Notes under the pieces: generated by a model
The model's input: only the letters and a program-made list of their open reading frames with translations
Database searches by the model: none
Told to the model about the DNA's origin: nothing
Shown here: in pieces, positions 38,129 through 46,918 of the stretch
Layout: each line of letters starts with the position of its first letter
Position numbering within the stretch: position 1 is the stretch's first letter
Assembly (NCBI GenBank): GCA_964014485.1
Contig: CAXHAT010000039.1
Span: 1 to 47,228, forward strand
Length of the DNA: 47,228 nucleotides
DNA from: an uncultured Deferribacteres bacterium
GTDB lineage: Bacteria > Zhuqueibacterota > Zhuqueibacteria > Zhuqueibacterales > Geothermadaptataceae
Reading direction: 5' to 3'
Program-made: the position numbers and the translations under genes

Positions 38129-39294
38129 GTCAGTTTTCCTCGTAAAGCGTCCGTTGGTTTGAGTTTCGCGATTTTACGAGTCGGCAAAAAGCTCACGATG
38201 GTTGTGACGATCAAAACCAAAAGCGTCGTCCCGATCACTAAACCCGCGCCGTAGGTTGGAAAAAGTCTTTCGCCGATGGCAAAGCCGTATTCGTCCGTGG
38301 AAGCGGGGAGCGCCCAGCCGGTTTTTGCCGTGTAAACCAGCAGCGGAATGCCGTAAATCGCGGCAACGAACGCCGCCAGCACCGCGTGCATCGCGCCTTC
38401 CAGCGTAAACAACTCAATCACTTTAACGCGCGTCATGCCCATCGCCATCAATGTCCCCATCTCTTTTTTGCGGCGAAAAATCGAAAGCACTTGCGTGTTG
38501 AAAATCGCCAGCATCGCCAGGAACATCAGGATAACGTAGATGATGCTCGCGCCTATAGTTTTCGATTGCACCATCGCTCGCAAATCTTGCAGGAGAAAGT
38601 CCAAATCCTTGAACGTCCAGCTTTGAAACGCGCCGGGAGCGCTTTGTTCTTTGGCCAAAATGACAAGCGTGGCTTCGTTTGGCAACCCCGTCATTTCCTG
38701 CAAGCGCCGAAGGGGCAGCCAAAGCTGGCCGTTGTCGATTTCCTGCACGCTCGTTTTCATCACTTCGACGATTTTGACCTCGCGCGCATCGAAAGCGCCG
38801 TTGACGTCGCGCCACTGCACGGTCACTTCTTCGCCCTTGCGCAGTCCGGCGCTCTCCGCCATCCGCGATCCAATCAACGCTGGAATTGTTTCGTCGCCGC
38901 TTTCCAAAAACGCCGACGGCAGGCTGAGTATTTTTTGCGACGGCGGCACGCCTTTCAGCAGGACGGAGCGCATTCTGCCGTTGGCGTAGAGCGTTCCCTG
39001 GCGCACCAGAACCGGCACGGCTTCATCGCGGTCGATGGATTGCCGCAACGCGTCTGGGATCGTGCTGTGCGCGTCATCAAAAGAAAGCGGGTCGTAAGGA
39101 TCGTAAATTGTCTGCCAATATTGTCCGCCGCCGTAAAGCGCCTCGACGGTCGCCTGCTCGACTTGCTCGCCCATGCCAATGTAAATCCCTTGCATCCAAA
39201 TAATGGCGACAAAAGAAAAAGACAGCACGATCGCATTGAGCCAGGTGCGCAAACCCGCCCCATAAATATTTCGAAATGCCAGTTTTGCAATCAT
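38125..39294 (-). CDS. ABC transporter permease (FtsX/MacB/LolE-like)
   Basis: KLAFRNI, RRKKEMGTLMAMG, PTRKIAKLKPTDALR. Confidence 0.92.
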   Translation of the reverse strand: MIAKLAFRNIYGAGLRTWLNAIVLSFSFVAIIWMQGIYIGMGEQVEQATVEALYGGGQYWQTIYDPYDPLSFDDAHSTIPDALRQSIDRDEAVPVLVRQGTLYANGRMRSVLLKGVPPSQKILSLPSAFLESGDETIPALIGSRMAESAGLRKGEEVTVQWRDVNGAFDAREVKIVEVMKTSVQEIDNGQLWLPLRRLQEMTGLPNEATLVILAKEQSAPGAFQSWTFKDLDFLLQDLRAMVQSKTIGASIIYVILMFLAMLAIFNTQVLSIFRRKKEMGTLMAMGMTRVKVIELFTLEGAMHAVLAAFVAAIYGIPLLVYTAKTGWALPASTDEYGFAIGERLFPTYGAGLVIGTTLLVLIVTTIVSFLPTRKIAKLKPTDALRGKLT

Positions 39295-39305
39295 TTTTCC
39301 CTCCG

Positions 39306-39442
39306 GGAAAACGGAGGACGAAGAACGGAGGAAAGGAGGACGGAGATTGGATGACGACTGGCACGTAAAAAAACCTCACTTTTTGCTGTCCAGTCGCCTT
39401 TTCTCCGTTCTCCCTTCCTCCATCCTCCGCTCTCCGTTCTTT
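39306..39442. repeat. Inverted heptamer array (GGAGRAC-like units) downstream of the four-helix-bundle gene
   Basis: GGAAAAC GGAGGAC GAAGAAC GGAGGAAA GGAGGAC GGAGATT (39306-39348) is mirrored by TTTCTCC GTTCTCC CTTCCTCC ATCCTCC GCTCTCC GTTCTTT (39400-39442). Confidence 0.85.
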
Positions 39443-39445
39443 CGG

Positions 39446-39808
39446 TTAAAAGTTTTCTTTTCGTGTTTTGATTAGCTTGAAAAGCATGGCGGAGATTTTG
39501 TGCGTTTTGTCGAGCAGGGTTTTGCCTGTTTCTTTGCCCAAATAATCAAGTTCTATCGCGAGATAAAGCTGCGTTCGCATTTCTCCGCACGAACCTTTGG
39601 CAATGAAAAGATATTGCATAAATTCTTTGTTCGATTGCCGTTCATAACCTTCGGCGATATTCGACGGAACTGAAACCGCCGCCCGCTGAATCTGATCTTT
39701 GAAACCAAAATCCTTACACTCCTGCATTTCTCGGTAAATCTCAACCGTCAACCGCATCGCCTCTTTCCAGACTTTCAAATCCTCAAACTTCTGAACCCGA
39801 TCACTCAC
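39446..39808 (-). CDS. Four-helix-bundle protein (TIGR02436 / 23S rRNA IVP family)
   Basis: FEDLKVWKEAM, DQIQRAAVSVPSNIAEG, F..YLFIAKGSCGEMRTQL. GTG start with GAGGTG SD. Confidence 0.95.
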   Translation of the reverse strand: MSDRVQKFEDLKVWKEAMRLTVEIYREMQECKDFGFKDQIQRAAVSVPSNIAEGYERQSNKEFMQYLFIAKGSCGEMRTQLYLAIELDYLGKETGKTLLDKTHKISAMLFKLIKTRKENF

Positions 39809-39831
39809 AAATCACCTCTCTTTTTTGAACC

Positions 39832-39919
39832 GGAGGAAGGAGAAGGGAGGACGGAAGACGAAAACCGTATGACAAATGCCTTTTCGAATTCAAGACGCTT
39901 CACTTATCTTCCGTTCTCC
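39832..39919. repeat. Inverted heptamer array upstream of the four-helix-bundle gene
   Basis: GGAGGAA GGAGAAG GGAGGAC GGAAGAC (39832-39859) faces ATCTTCC GTTCTCC (39906-39919). Confidence 0.75.
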
Positions 39920-40613
39920 GCGCGCAGAGCGCGTCTTTCGCCACTTTGCCGTCCACCAGCGAGATTTTTCGCTTCAAATACTGCATGACTTTTTCGTCGT
40001 GCGTTGCAAAAATGAAGGTAACGTCGAGTTCTTCGTTGAGGTGCGTCATCGTTTTCATGATGTGATGCGAGTTCGCGGCATCGAGGTTGGCCGTCGGTTC
40101 GTCGGCAAGAATGATTTCCGGCTTTTTCACGACCGCGCGCGCAATGGCGACGCGCTGGCTTTGGCCGCCGGAAAGCTGGGACGGTTTCGAATCCGCGCGG
40201 TCCGCCAAACCCACCCACTCCAAAGCGTCCATGACCAGTTTTTCGCGCTCGGCCGCTGTGTTTTTTTGCAGCAGAAGCGGAAATTCAACATTTTCAAAAA
40301 CGGAATAGACCGGCAGCAAATTGAAAGTCTGAAAGATAAAACCGATGTGCCGATTGCGCAATGCGGCCGCCTTTTTGTGCGAAAGCGTCTCGATCTTTTC
40401 TCCCAGCACTTCAACGCTGCCTTGCGTTGGCGAATCCAAAGAGCCGAGGATATTGAGAAGCGTGGTTTTCCCGGAGCCGCTAGGCCCAACCAAACCGATG
40501 AACTCCGCCTTTTGGATCGACAAACTGACATGATCCAGCGCGTGAAGCGTCGTCGGTCCCATCGTATAGCTTTTTACCAGATCGTTCGTTTCTATAATGC
40601 AGCCGTTTTGCAC
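39900..40613 (-). CDS. ABC transporter ATP-binding protein (LolD/MacB-like)
   Basis: [34 protein letters not shown]. Confidence 0.96.
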   Translation of the reverse strand: MQNGCIIETNDLVKSYTMGPTTLHALDHVSLSIQKAEFIGLVGPSGSGKTTLLNILGSLDSPTQGSVEVLGEKIETLSHKKAAALRNRHIGFIFQTFNLLPVYSVFENVEFPLLLQKNTAAEREKLVMDALEWVGLADRADSKPSQLSGGQSQRVAIARAVVKKPEIILADEPTANLDAANSHHIMKTMTHLNEELDVTFIFATHDEKVMQYLKRKISLVDGKVAKDALCARRTEDK

Positions 40614-40697
40614 TTTTGTTTTCTCCGGTTAGATAAATGACAGGTGTTACAAAGTAAACTTTTTCATTTCATCATTCATCCTCGATTTATCGCTCCA

Positions 40698-40892
40698 TCA
40701 TGCTGTCCATTTGGGACAATTAACCGTTCTGTATGAGATATTTGGTTCGTGTGGCGCGGCTTCACCGCATCGCGGACAGATGCAGGAGTCTTCTTCATCT
40801 AATCCATATCTTCTGCGATATCTTTTGAATCGATAATTCTCTGTTATCTGCTCGCCAATTTCAGCACAAGTCAAGCATCTATAACTCTCCAC
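40698..40892 (-). CDS. Small Cys-rich putative metal-binding protein, possibly degenerate
   Basis: CICPRCGEAAPH....NCPK resembles the small CxCPxCG..PH..CPxCG proteins, but the last Cys is missing. Confidence 0.45.
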   Translation of the reverse strand: MESYRCLTCAEIGEQITENYRFKRYRRRYGLDEEDSCICPRCGEAAPHEPNISYRTVNCPKWTA

Positions 40893-40994
40893 AAAATTCC
40901 GGCTTATTTCGAGAAGTATCTTTCAAGGTGGTCATTGCCCCACTCTCTTGACAGCGAAAATTGATAGATTTGCCTTCAGGCTGATTCCGAATGA

Positions 40995-41477
40995 CTACCC
41001 AATCACCCAGACCGCACATCCTTTGGCATGCCGGAAGACTTTTTCGGTTACACTGCCTGTCAAAAAAGTCTCGATTCGCGAACGCCCGCGCTTGCCCATA
41101 ACGATTGTGTCGTAGTTTCCCGATTCACATTCGGTCAAAATCTCGCGTGCAACGTCATAGCCTGGATCGGGAGTTACGTGTTTGGAAATAATCTGGTCAT
41201 CAAGGAATCCTCCTTCCTTCAACATGGTAACCACAGGCTCAAAACATTTACATTCGAGCTTGATTTCTGCTTTCTCCCACGCTTCTTTCTCTCTGTCGAG
41301 TACGGCCTTCATTTCCAAAGCGCCGCTTTCCAAAAAATATGGGGGTGTGGGACACAGCACATGAATCAAGGTGATGGTCACATCGGGATTGCCGCCGAGG
41401 AGCCTGGTAATATAGCGCACAGCGTTCAGCGATGATTCCGAGCTATCAATGGCCAGTAAAATCTTTGCTTTCATCAT
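40995..41477 (-). CDS. Universal stress protein
   Basis: Start reassigned to ATG 41477. KILLAIDSSESS, ITLIHV, YDTIVMGKRGRS, GSVTEKV. Confidence 0.93.
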   Translation of the reverse strand: MMKAKILLAIDSSESSLNAVRYITRLLGGNPDVTITLIHVLCPTPPYFLESGALEMKAVLDREKEAWEKAEIKLECKCFEPVVTMLKEGGFLDDQIISKHVTPDPGYDVAREILTECESGNYDTIVMGKRGRSRIETFLTGSVTEKVFRHAKGCAVWVIG

Positions 41478-41576
41478 GTTCACCTTCTTTCGGTGGAATT
41501 TGTCATAGTCCTGATATTTATCCACTGATGTTACGCACGGCAGCTCACATCCTGAGTCTTGGGGCAAATGCCGCCT

Positions 41577-41863
41577 CATTAGCGCCGGGCTCCAGCCCGG
41601 TGACGCTCCAAATGCTCGTTTTCTTCTCTTCCGCCGCGCCGGAAGAGAAGGGACCACAGCCTTCAAAAATCTCCGTTCTGAAGGATGCTGTTGGCCAATT
41701 CTCAATTCACGAGGAAAGTAAATGACGCGGCACTTTTATTAGCTGCGCGCTTCAGCGCGTGGACTCGGTCGGGCGCCGAAGCGCTCGGCTAATGAAACGC
41801 CAGGGCAGTCAGGACTGAACGATCTGGAATTCGCCAACAGTATCCTGAAGAGCGGAGCTAATG
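41577..41863. repeat. Cluster of TTAG-type REP palindromes
   Basis: CATTAGCGCCGGGCTCCAGCCCGGTG (41577-41602), ATTAGCTGCGCGCTTCAGCGCGTGG (41738-41762), CGGGCGCCGAAGCGCTCGGCTAATG (41770-41794), and a split copy ending CGGAGCTAATG (41863). Confidence 0.75.
41683..41845. mobile_element. MITE-like element, 163 bp, with 19-bp terminal inverted repeats and a 4-bp TGAA direct repeat
   Basis: GGATGCTGTTGGCCAATTC / GAATTCGCCAACAGTATCC (17/19), flanked by TGAA at 41679-41682 and 41846-41849. Confidence 0.7.
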
Positions 41864-41925
41864 AAAATCAAAAGTTGTCCGCTGACTTTGAGCGCACGTG
41901 CCAAACGACGCGTGCGCAACATCAA

Positions 41926-43083
41926 TTAGTGATTAAAAACAACCATTACTTGCGCTCCCTTGCCGGTAAAAGCGGCGCCTCCCGCGCTCTCGCGGTTGAG
42001 CAAAATGGCGTCCGGGTTCCAAAAGCCGAAAAAATAGAAACTCCAATTGTCGTACAAACGCCGCAAAATGGCCGTGCGATACAAATCACGGTTTTTCCAA
42101 TCGTAAAAGAAAATTGCCGACAGATTATCGACCAATCCAAGCGCATAATTTAGCGAGAGTGCGGAAAAGCTGGCGCCAACGCCGTCGCCGAAAAATTCAT
42201 TGGAACTGACCGTATTGAAGTATTCAAAAATAGCGTTCAATCCGTTCCCGACCCCGAAAGTATAGTCAACGCCCGCCGTCCAAAATCTTTGAAATCTCAA
42301 ATTTGGCGCATTCGTCTCACGGCGAGTGACCGCGCCTTCCACCCACGCGCCAACGCCGACGTCCCATTTGCCGTCCAGGCCGAAGCGATTTTCAGGCACG
42401 CTTTCGTCGCGAAAAAAGACGGGGTCGAATATTTCCACGCGGGTAAAGTCAGTCTTGCGATGGTGCCAAGTCAGCCCAATTTCGCCGGTTAAAAGAGGCG
42501 TTTGCAATCTGCCGCCAAGCTCGGGACGCTTTTTTCTTGTCGGCGCGATCTCCCATCCTTTGGTTTCATCGTTGCCGTAAAGCCCCCAAAACCAGAGATT
42601 GACGTTGTTTGGAAAATAGTAGCGCAGGAGAAGGCCGTACACGCCGTTGGTGAGCTGTAGAGGGTCACGGGGATCGATGCGGTCGAACCAACGCAGGGGG
42701 CGGAAAAGCGTCGCTGACCCAAAATTGATTTTTTGCAACCCGAGACGCGCTTCAAAGCGGTTTGTCGCAAGGCGCGTCCAGGCGCGATACGCCTTAATTT
42801 TGCCGTCTAATTCATCGTCGTTCAGGCGATGATCCGACAGGGCGCTAAATGCGTTCAGCGAAAATTCTGCATCGATAAATACGTTTTCAGCGAGCGTTTT
42901 CCGGGCGGAAAGAGCAGGGATGTAGCGGAAACCTGCTTGTGCAAAAAGCGAAACTTCCGGGGTGCTGATCGCCCAGGAAGAGAGTTGGCCTTGCCATGTA
43001 ACAGCTTGTGAAAAACCGCCTTGCGGCAGAAGCAGCATACCGAGCGAAAATTGCCCGATTCTTATGGCGACCTTAGGCTTCAT
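41926..43083 (-). CDS. Putative outer-membrane beta-barrel protein (type often found beside LolA-like/ABC clusters)
   Basis: Signal peptide, YRAW.R, RLGLQKINFG, WFDRIDPRDP, alternating beta-strand pattern, C-terminal VMVVFNH. Confidence 0.8.
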   Translation of the reverse strand: MKPKVAIRIGQFSLGMLLLPQGGFSQAVTWQGQLSSWAISTPEVSLFAQAGFRYIPALSARKTLAENVFIDAEFSLNAFSALSDHRLNDDELDGKIKAYRAWTRLATNRFEARLGLQKINFGSATLFRPLRWFDRIDPRDPLQLTNGVYGLLLRYYFPNNVNLWFWGLYGNDETKGWEIAPTRKKRPELGGRLQTPLLTGEIGLTWHHRKTDFTRVEIFDPVFFRDESVPENRFGLDGKWDVGVGAWVEGAVTRRETNAPNLRFQRFWTAGVDYTFGVGNGLNAIFEYFNTVSSNEFFGDGVGASFSALSLNYALGLVDNLSAIFFYDWKNRDLYRTAILRRLYDNWSFYFFGFWNPDAILLNRESAGGAAFTGKGAQVMVVFNH

Positions 43084-43129
43084 TTTTTATTTGACCCCAA
43101 AATACATTTTGACGGGGTTAACCGGACGC

Positions 43130-43576
43130 CTACGTCATGTCTTGTACCTTGTGCATAACGGTCATGGGATCGTGGACGCCGGCAAAAACGACCTCGACTC
43201 CGGCGGTGCCTGCACTGCTAAATTCGACGGCGCCAATATTGATAAGCCGGTGAAAAATCGATTGTCTCACATTGACGTTTCGTAGATCCGATACGCGAAT
43301 GACTCTGACCTCGCGCGCGACAATGCCGTGGCGACTTTCAATGTTCTCGCTGTCGACTGTGTATTTCCATGAATAGCGCCGAACGACAACGACGAGCCAG
43401 ATGATAAGACTGATGATAAGGAATGGCGCTTCGATGGTCAGAAGAGTTGGAATCGTCGTTTCGATTGTCGTGTCGGGTGAATCGTGCAAATAGAGCAAAG
43501 GCCCGGCGAGAAAAGAAAGCGCCACGAGAATTAAAAACCACTGTTTGCGCCAAGCCGGTCTGAGTTTGAGTTGCAT
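43130..43576 (-). CDS. Bacterial PH-domain (bPH_2) membrane protein
   Basis: Two TM helices, then YTVDSENIESRHGIV...VNVRQSIFHRLINIGAVEFSSAG. Confidence 0.88.
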   Translation of the reverse strand: MQLKLRPAWRKQWFLILVALSFLAGPLLYLHDSPDTTIETTIPTLLTIEAPFLIISLIIWLVVVVRRYSWKYTVDSENIESRHGIVAREVRVIRVSDLRNVNVRQSIFHRLINIGAVEFSSAGTAGVEVVFAGVHDPMTVMHKVQDMT

Positions 43577-43609
43577 TTAAAAAAATCAGTCCGTTGCCGA
43601 GTGAATAGG

Positions 43610-43834
43610 TTAGAACCATGGTTTTTTTCCAATGATGTAAACCCGTTCAAATTCGACGTCGCCCATGGTCAGGTAGACAATGTCTTCAATCAAGCTGTTG
43701 ATTGCCGCTAAAATGAAAAGCGTCAAAAGAATCACAGTCAGCATGATGAAGCCATTTAATATAAACTCAAGATAAAACTTATGGGCGCCAAAACAGCTAA
43801 TAAAAACACCAAACGATCCGGCCGCGATCTTCAT
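43610..43834 (-). CDS. TM2-domain protein, possibly degenerate
   Basis: KIAAG..G....FGAHKFYL...LIEDIVYLT..D.EF...Y..GKKPWF. Confidence 0.7.
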   Translation of the reverse strand: MKIAAGSFGVFISCFGAHKFYLEFILNGFIMLTVILLTLFILAAINSLIEDIVYLTMGDVEFERVYIIGKKPWF

Positions 43835-43882
43835 ACGATTATTTTGTCCGCAAGCCGGAACGTTTTCGTTTCGCAGCCAATT

Positions 43883-44482
43883 CTATTTCTCGATAAATCC
43901 GCCGTTCGACGAGATCGCCTTTGACGATTCTGCGTTTCTTTTGCTTAACGCTTCCCTGGGCGGGTATCTTTTCAAAATTTTGTCTACCGCCTTCTCGAAT
44001 TTTCTTTTGATTTCGTGCGGATTCGGATTTTGCTCAATCACGCCTTTGGCCCAACCGCGCCAAATCAATTTTTCAGTATTTGGATCGAGAAAATCCAGGA
44101 TAAAAAGACTTTCTTTCGATTCGTAGATTGTCGTAATGCCGCCTCCGCCTTCGGGCCAATCATGGTCTCTGGCGCCGCTCCTTACAACTTGCTCCGTTCT
44201 GCGCACGTCGATGTGGTAGTCGACGAGAAAATCGACGGGACCTTCGGCGGCAAGAGCTAGGCGTTTATCTTCGAGTTTGGCGTTAACTGCGTCGACAACG
44301 TATTCTTCCGTCAAGGTGTTGCTCAAAACCGGATCGGTGATCGGTTCATGTTCGACTTCCAGCCACTGGAATGTTTTCAGCCCTGAAAAATCAGCGTCGC
44401 TGTTAAAATCCGAATTCACCGACACCGTAGCGCAGCCGACCAAAAACAATTGCAAACTGACGATGGATATTAAGGTTTTCAT
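43883..44482 (-). CDS. DUF4136 family lipoprotein
   Basis: AAGGAGG SD before ATG 44482. Lipobox LVGC, DFS.LKTF.W, LFILDFLD....LIWRG.A, IL..YPP. Confidence 0.88.
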   Translation of the reverse strand: MKTLISIVSLQLFLVGCATVSVNSDFNSDADFSGLKTFQWLEVEHEPITDPVLSNTLTEEYVVDAVNAKLEDKRLALAAEGPVDFLVDYHIDVRRTEQVVRSGARDHDWPEGGGGITTIYESKESLFILDFLDPNTEKLIWRGWAKGVIEQNPNPHEIKRKFEKAVDKILKRYPPREALSKRNAESSKAISSNGGFIEK

Positions 44483-44665
44483 GTTGATCCTCCTTAATGC
44501 GTTTTTCAATTTTTGGCGCGCCGCTGGATGCAGACGCACCTGGGAAAAGGTCAATTCAGTCCTGGGTGAGAGCCTTGAAAGTTCATGCTCAGTATTTCGA
44601 GCGGTCAAGTCAAAACAAAAGCCATTTATGATCTCGCAAGGCGCTCAAGAAAATTTTTCGTCGGC

Positions 44666-45052
44666 TTACAATTTTTCGATCACGTCTTCTAACATCGCCC
44701 GCACTTCGTTCGCGAGGTCGGCCAATTTGGGGTTTTCTACGGCCTGCATAGAGGCGATCGGATCGACGGCGGCGACTTCAATTTTGCCTTCAGCGATTTC
44801 TTGTACGATCACATTACACGGCAACATCGTGCCAATCTTGTCTTCCGCCTGTAAGGCGCTGTGTGCAAAAGTCGGGTTACACGCGCCGAGAATGCTGTAT
44901 TTCCTAAAATCAATATCCAGTTTTTTCCGGAACGTCTCTTTGACGTTAATTTTCGTCAAAACGCCAAATCCTTTTTCCTGGAGCGCAATCGTGACTTTGT
45001 CTATGGCCTCATCAAAAGTGGTTTCGAGTTTTTTGCTGAGATAGTAGCCCAT
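44666..45052 (-). CDS. DUF302 family protein
   Basis: Start reassigned to ATG 45052. GFGVLT.I, YSILGACNP.FA, MLPCNVIV, AAVDP. Confidence 0.92.
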   Translation of the reverse strand: MGYYLSKKLETTFDEAIDKVTIALQEKGFGVLTKINVKETFRKKLDIDFRKYSILGACNPTFAHSALQAEDKIGTMLPCNVIVQEIAEGKIEVAAVDPIASMQAVENPKLADLANEVRAMLEDVIEKL

Positions 45053-45158
45053 CGGAAATCTCCGCTTAACCTTTTCTTGCGTCAAAATTTGGTGCAAAGG
45101 CCGGATAAACTTATCCAGCCCTTGCACCACGCTGAATGGGAAGGAGGCAACCTAAATA

Positions 45159-46010
45159 TCACCGTCTGCGCCAACCGCGCCACGACGGAAAACCTCTATC
45201 GTCTCTTAACTTCAAAACGTCGTCGCCTTTCACAATCTCTTTTGCAATGATTGCCGGCCTGCCCTTGTACATAATGCGGGAGCCGGTTACTTTAACTTTG
45301 TCGTTGATGAGAAATTTAGATTCGCCGTCTTCAACGAACCATTCCGGGCCAAGATGAACGTCGAACGATTCCTTCTCCGTTTTCAACATCAGATGAACGC
45401 CGAAAAAACTGCCGGCTTTTCCGGGACGTTTTTCGACCTTTTCAACCATGCCCGTAACGGTAATCACCGAGTTAACGTCATAATTGGGGCTGCCGAATTG
45501 TCCGCGTCCCGGCCCCATGCCAAAACATCCGCGATTCTGCCAGCGGCCTCTGCGCATTCCGGGGCCGCGCCAGCCGCTCCAGGCGGGAAAACCGTCGGCG
45601 GAGCGCAGCACGAGCGCTTCTTCGCCCAAGTTAATTTCAGCGGCTATTATTGCCGGCTTACCTTCATAATCAATTCTTGAGCCGGTAAGCTCGATTTGGT
45701 CGCCGGACTTGATTTTAGCGCTTTGGTTTTCGATAAACCAGGCAGGCCCCAGATGCACGGAAATTTTTTCCTGTTCCGTCTTTAAAATCAGATGAATGCC
45801 GTCGGCCACGCCTTTGCGCGCCGTAAATCGCTCAACGGCTTCAACTTCTCCGCTCATGGTTTCGACGGTTTTGACGTCGTACATTTTTCCATACTGCCCG
45901 CCGGGTCCCCAAGCGTCGCTTCGCCACCGCATGCCTCGTTGCGCAAAAACGGACGACGCGACCATTAGGCCGGCAACCGTCAGAATGAGGACAAGCTTTG
46001 ACTTGTTCAT
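45159..46010 (-). CDS. Secreted protein with two tandem OB-fold-like (MamS/MamX-type) domains
   Basis: Signal peptide. Two copies of YD..V....G.V...G(I/V)HL.LKTE....VHLGP.WF......GSRI...G.PAIIA.EI..G...L.LR...GFP.W.GW. Confidence 0.8.
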   Translation of the reverse strand: MNKSKLVLILTVAGLMVASSVFAQRGMRWRSDAWGPGGQYGKMYDVKTVETMSGEVEAVERFTARKGVADGIHLILKTEQEKISVHLGPAWFIENQSAKIKSGDQIELTGSRIDYEGKPAIIAAEINLGEEALVLRSADGFPAWSGWRGPGMRRGRWQNRGCFGMGPGRGQFGSPNYDVNSVITVTGMVEKVEKRPGKAGSFFGVHLMLKTEKESFDVHLGPEWFVEDGESKFLINDKVKVTGSRIMYKGRPAIIAKEIVKGDDVLKLRDDRGFPSWRGWRRR

Positions 46011-46235
46011 GACAATCTCCTTGTTTGAATGTTTGCGATTCAGATGTGATGCAATGCCGAAACGCTATTTAATTTTCATTCAAAAAGGCGTTCTACTCGT
46101 TTTATTCGTATCTCGATCCTTTCGCCTTTCTCGTTCTATCTCAGGCGATGCGGGAAATGTCGGATGATTGACATTCACACCTTTACGATCAGCAACGCAA
46201 GGGGCGGGCCAAAAGCACTATGGTTTCGTTAGATA

Positions 46236-46857
46236 TTGTTAATACTGATCTTATCACAGAACAGGAAAGAAGGATTGATACGGGAATATTTGCAAAGCCG
46301 CGAAACGTACGGATCGAATTCCTATCTACGGGAATTGCTGAAAAAATGGTGCGCCAGCCGCATAGACGCACAGCATTTTGTCTGGGTAAAAGCCGGTAAG
46401 AAGTTTTTTAGAACACCGCCATTACACGAAATTGCAATCATCTATTTATTCGATAGAAATTCACAAAGTGCAAATTCTATTGACTCTCTACCTGACACTT
46501 TTTTGTAAACTGTATTTTCGAGCCGTGTAAAGGCCTCGTTTTGTCATTCTGCAGGAATCTTTGTTATCGCCCAGTACAGATCGTGCTCAAAAGTTCAAGG
46601 GCCAAATCAGAAAAAACGCCTTCAGCATGACAATTCCGGTCTTTTTCTCCAGTTTTAGAAGCTCACACAAAAAGTGTCAGGTAGTGAATTCTATTGAAAC
46701 GATCCGGCTTGAATTCAAGAACTACGTTTTCAATATGACCAGCGTAGAAGCAAATCCGTTATGTGGAAACGAGACGGTCAGTTCTCCGAATCCGACGCGG
46801 CAACAGGACATTATCAAAAACGTCGTCTCGCTAGTGACCACAGTCGTTGCTTTTTAA
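46236..46857 (+). pseudogene. Hypothetical ORF interrupted by the MITE
   Basis: Deleting 46473-46686 fuses ORF 46236 (…SQSA) in frame to the tail of ORF 46561 (NSIETIRLEF…), giving 135 aa. Confidence 0.45.
46486..46686. mobile_element. MITE-like element, ~200 bp, with 18-bp terminal inverted repeats and an 11-bp flanking direct repeat
   Basis: Left end CTCTACCTGACACTTTTT, right end AAAAAGTGTCAGGTAGTG (17/18). AATTCTATTGA occurs at 46473-46483 and 46687-46697. Confidence 0.8.
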
Positions 46858-46918
46858 CAAAAATTCCTTTTCTTCAAAAAGTCATCATTCGAACGTACCT
46901 GAACCGCCCAAATTTTTT

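Noticed and set aside
39306..39442. CRISPR array
   Set aside because: Units are 7-8 nt, adjacent and inverted, with no unique spacers and no cas genes.
39446..39808. Diversity-generating retroelement suggested by the Avd-like fold
   Set aside because: No reverse transcriptase and no TR/VR repeat pair with adenine-specific mismatches were seen in the window.
41478..41705. N-terminal extension of the USP ORF (236 aa in the track); similar extensions on rlmB, menC, HicB-like, ALDH, AI-2E, DUF4136 and DUF302
   Set aside because: The extensions run through repeats or neighbouring genes, and downstream ATGs coincide with the family N-termini.
43610..44482. TAG readthrough (pyrrolysine) fusing the DUF4136 and TM2 ORFs, which are in the same frame
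   Set aside because: No pyl genes are present, the two domains are normally separate, the TM2 ORF looks degenerate, and a shared frame has a 1-in-3 chance.
45159..46010. Magnetosome island
   Set aside because: No other mam/mms-like genes are in the window, and this domain type is not restricted to magnetotactic bacteria.
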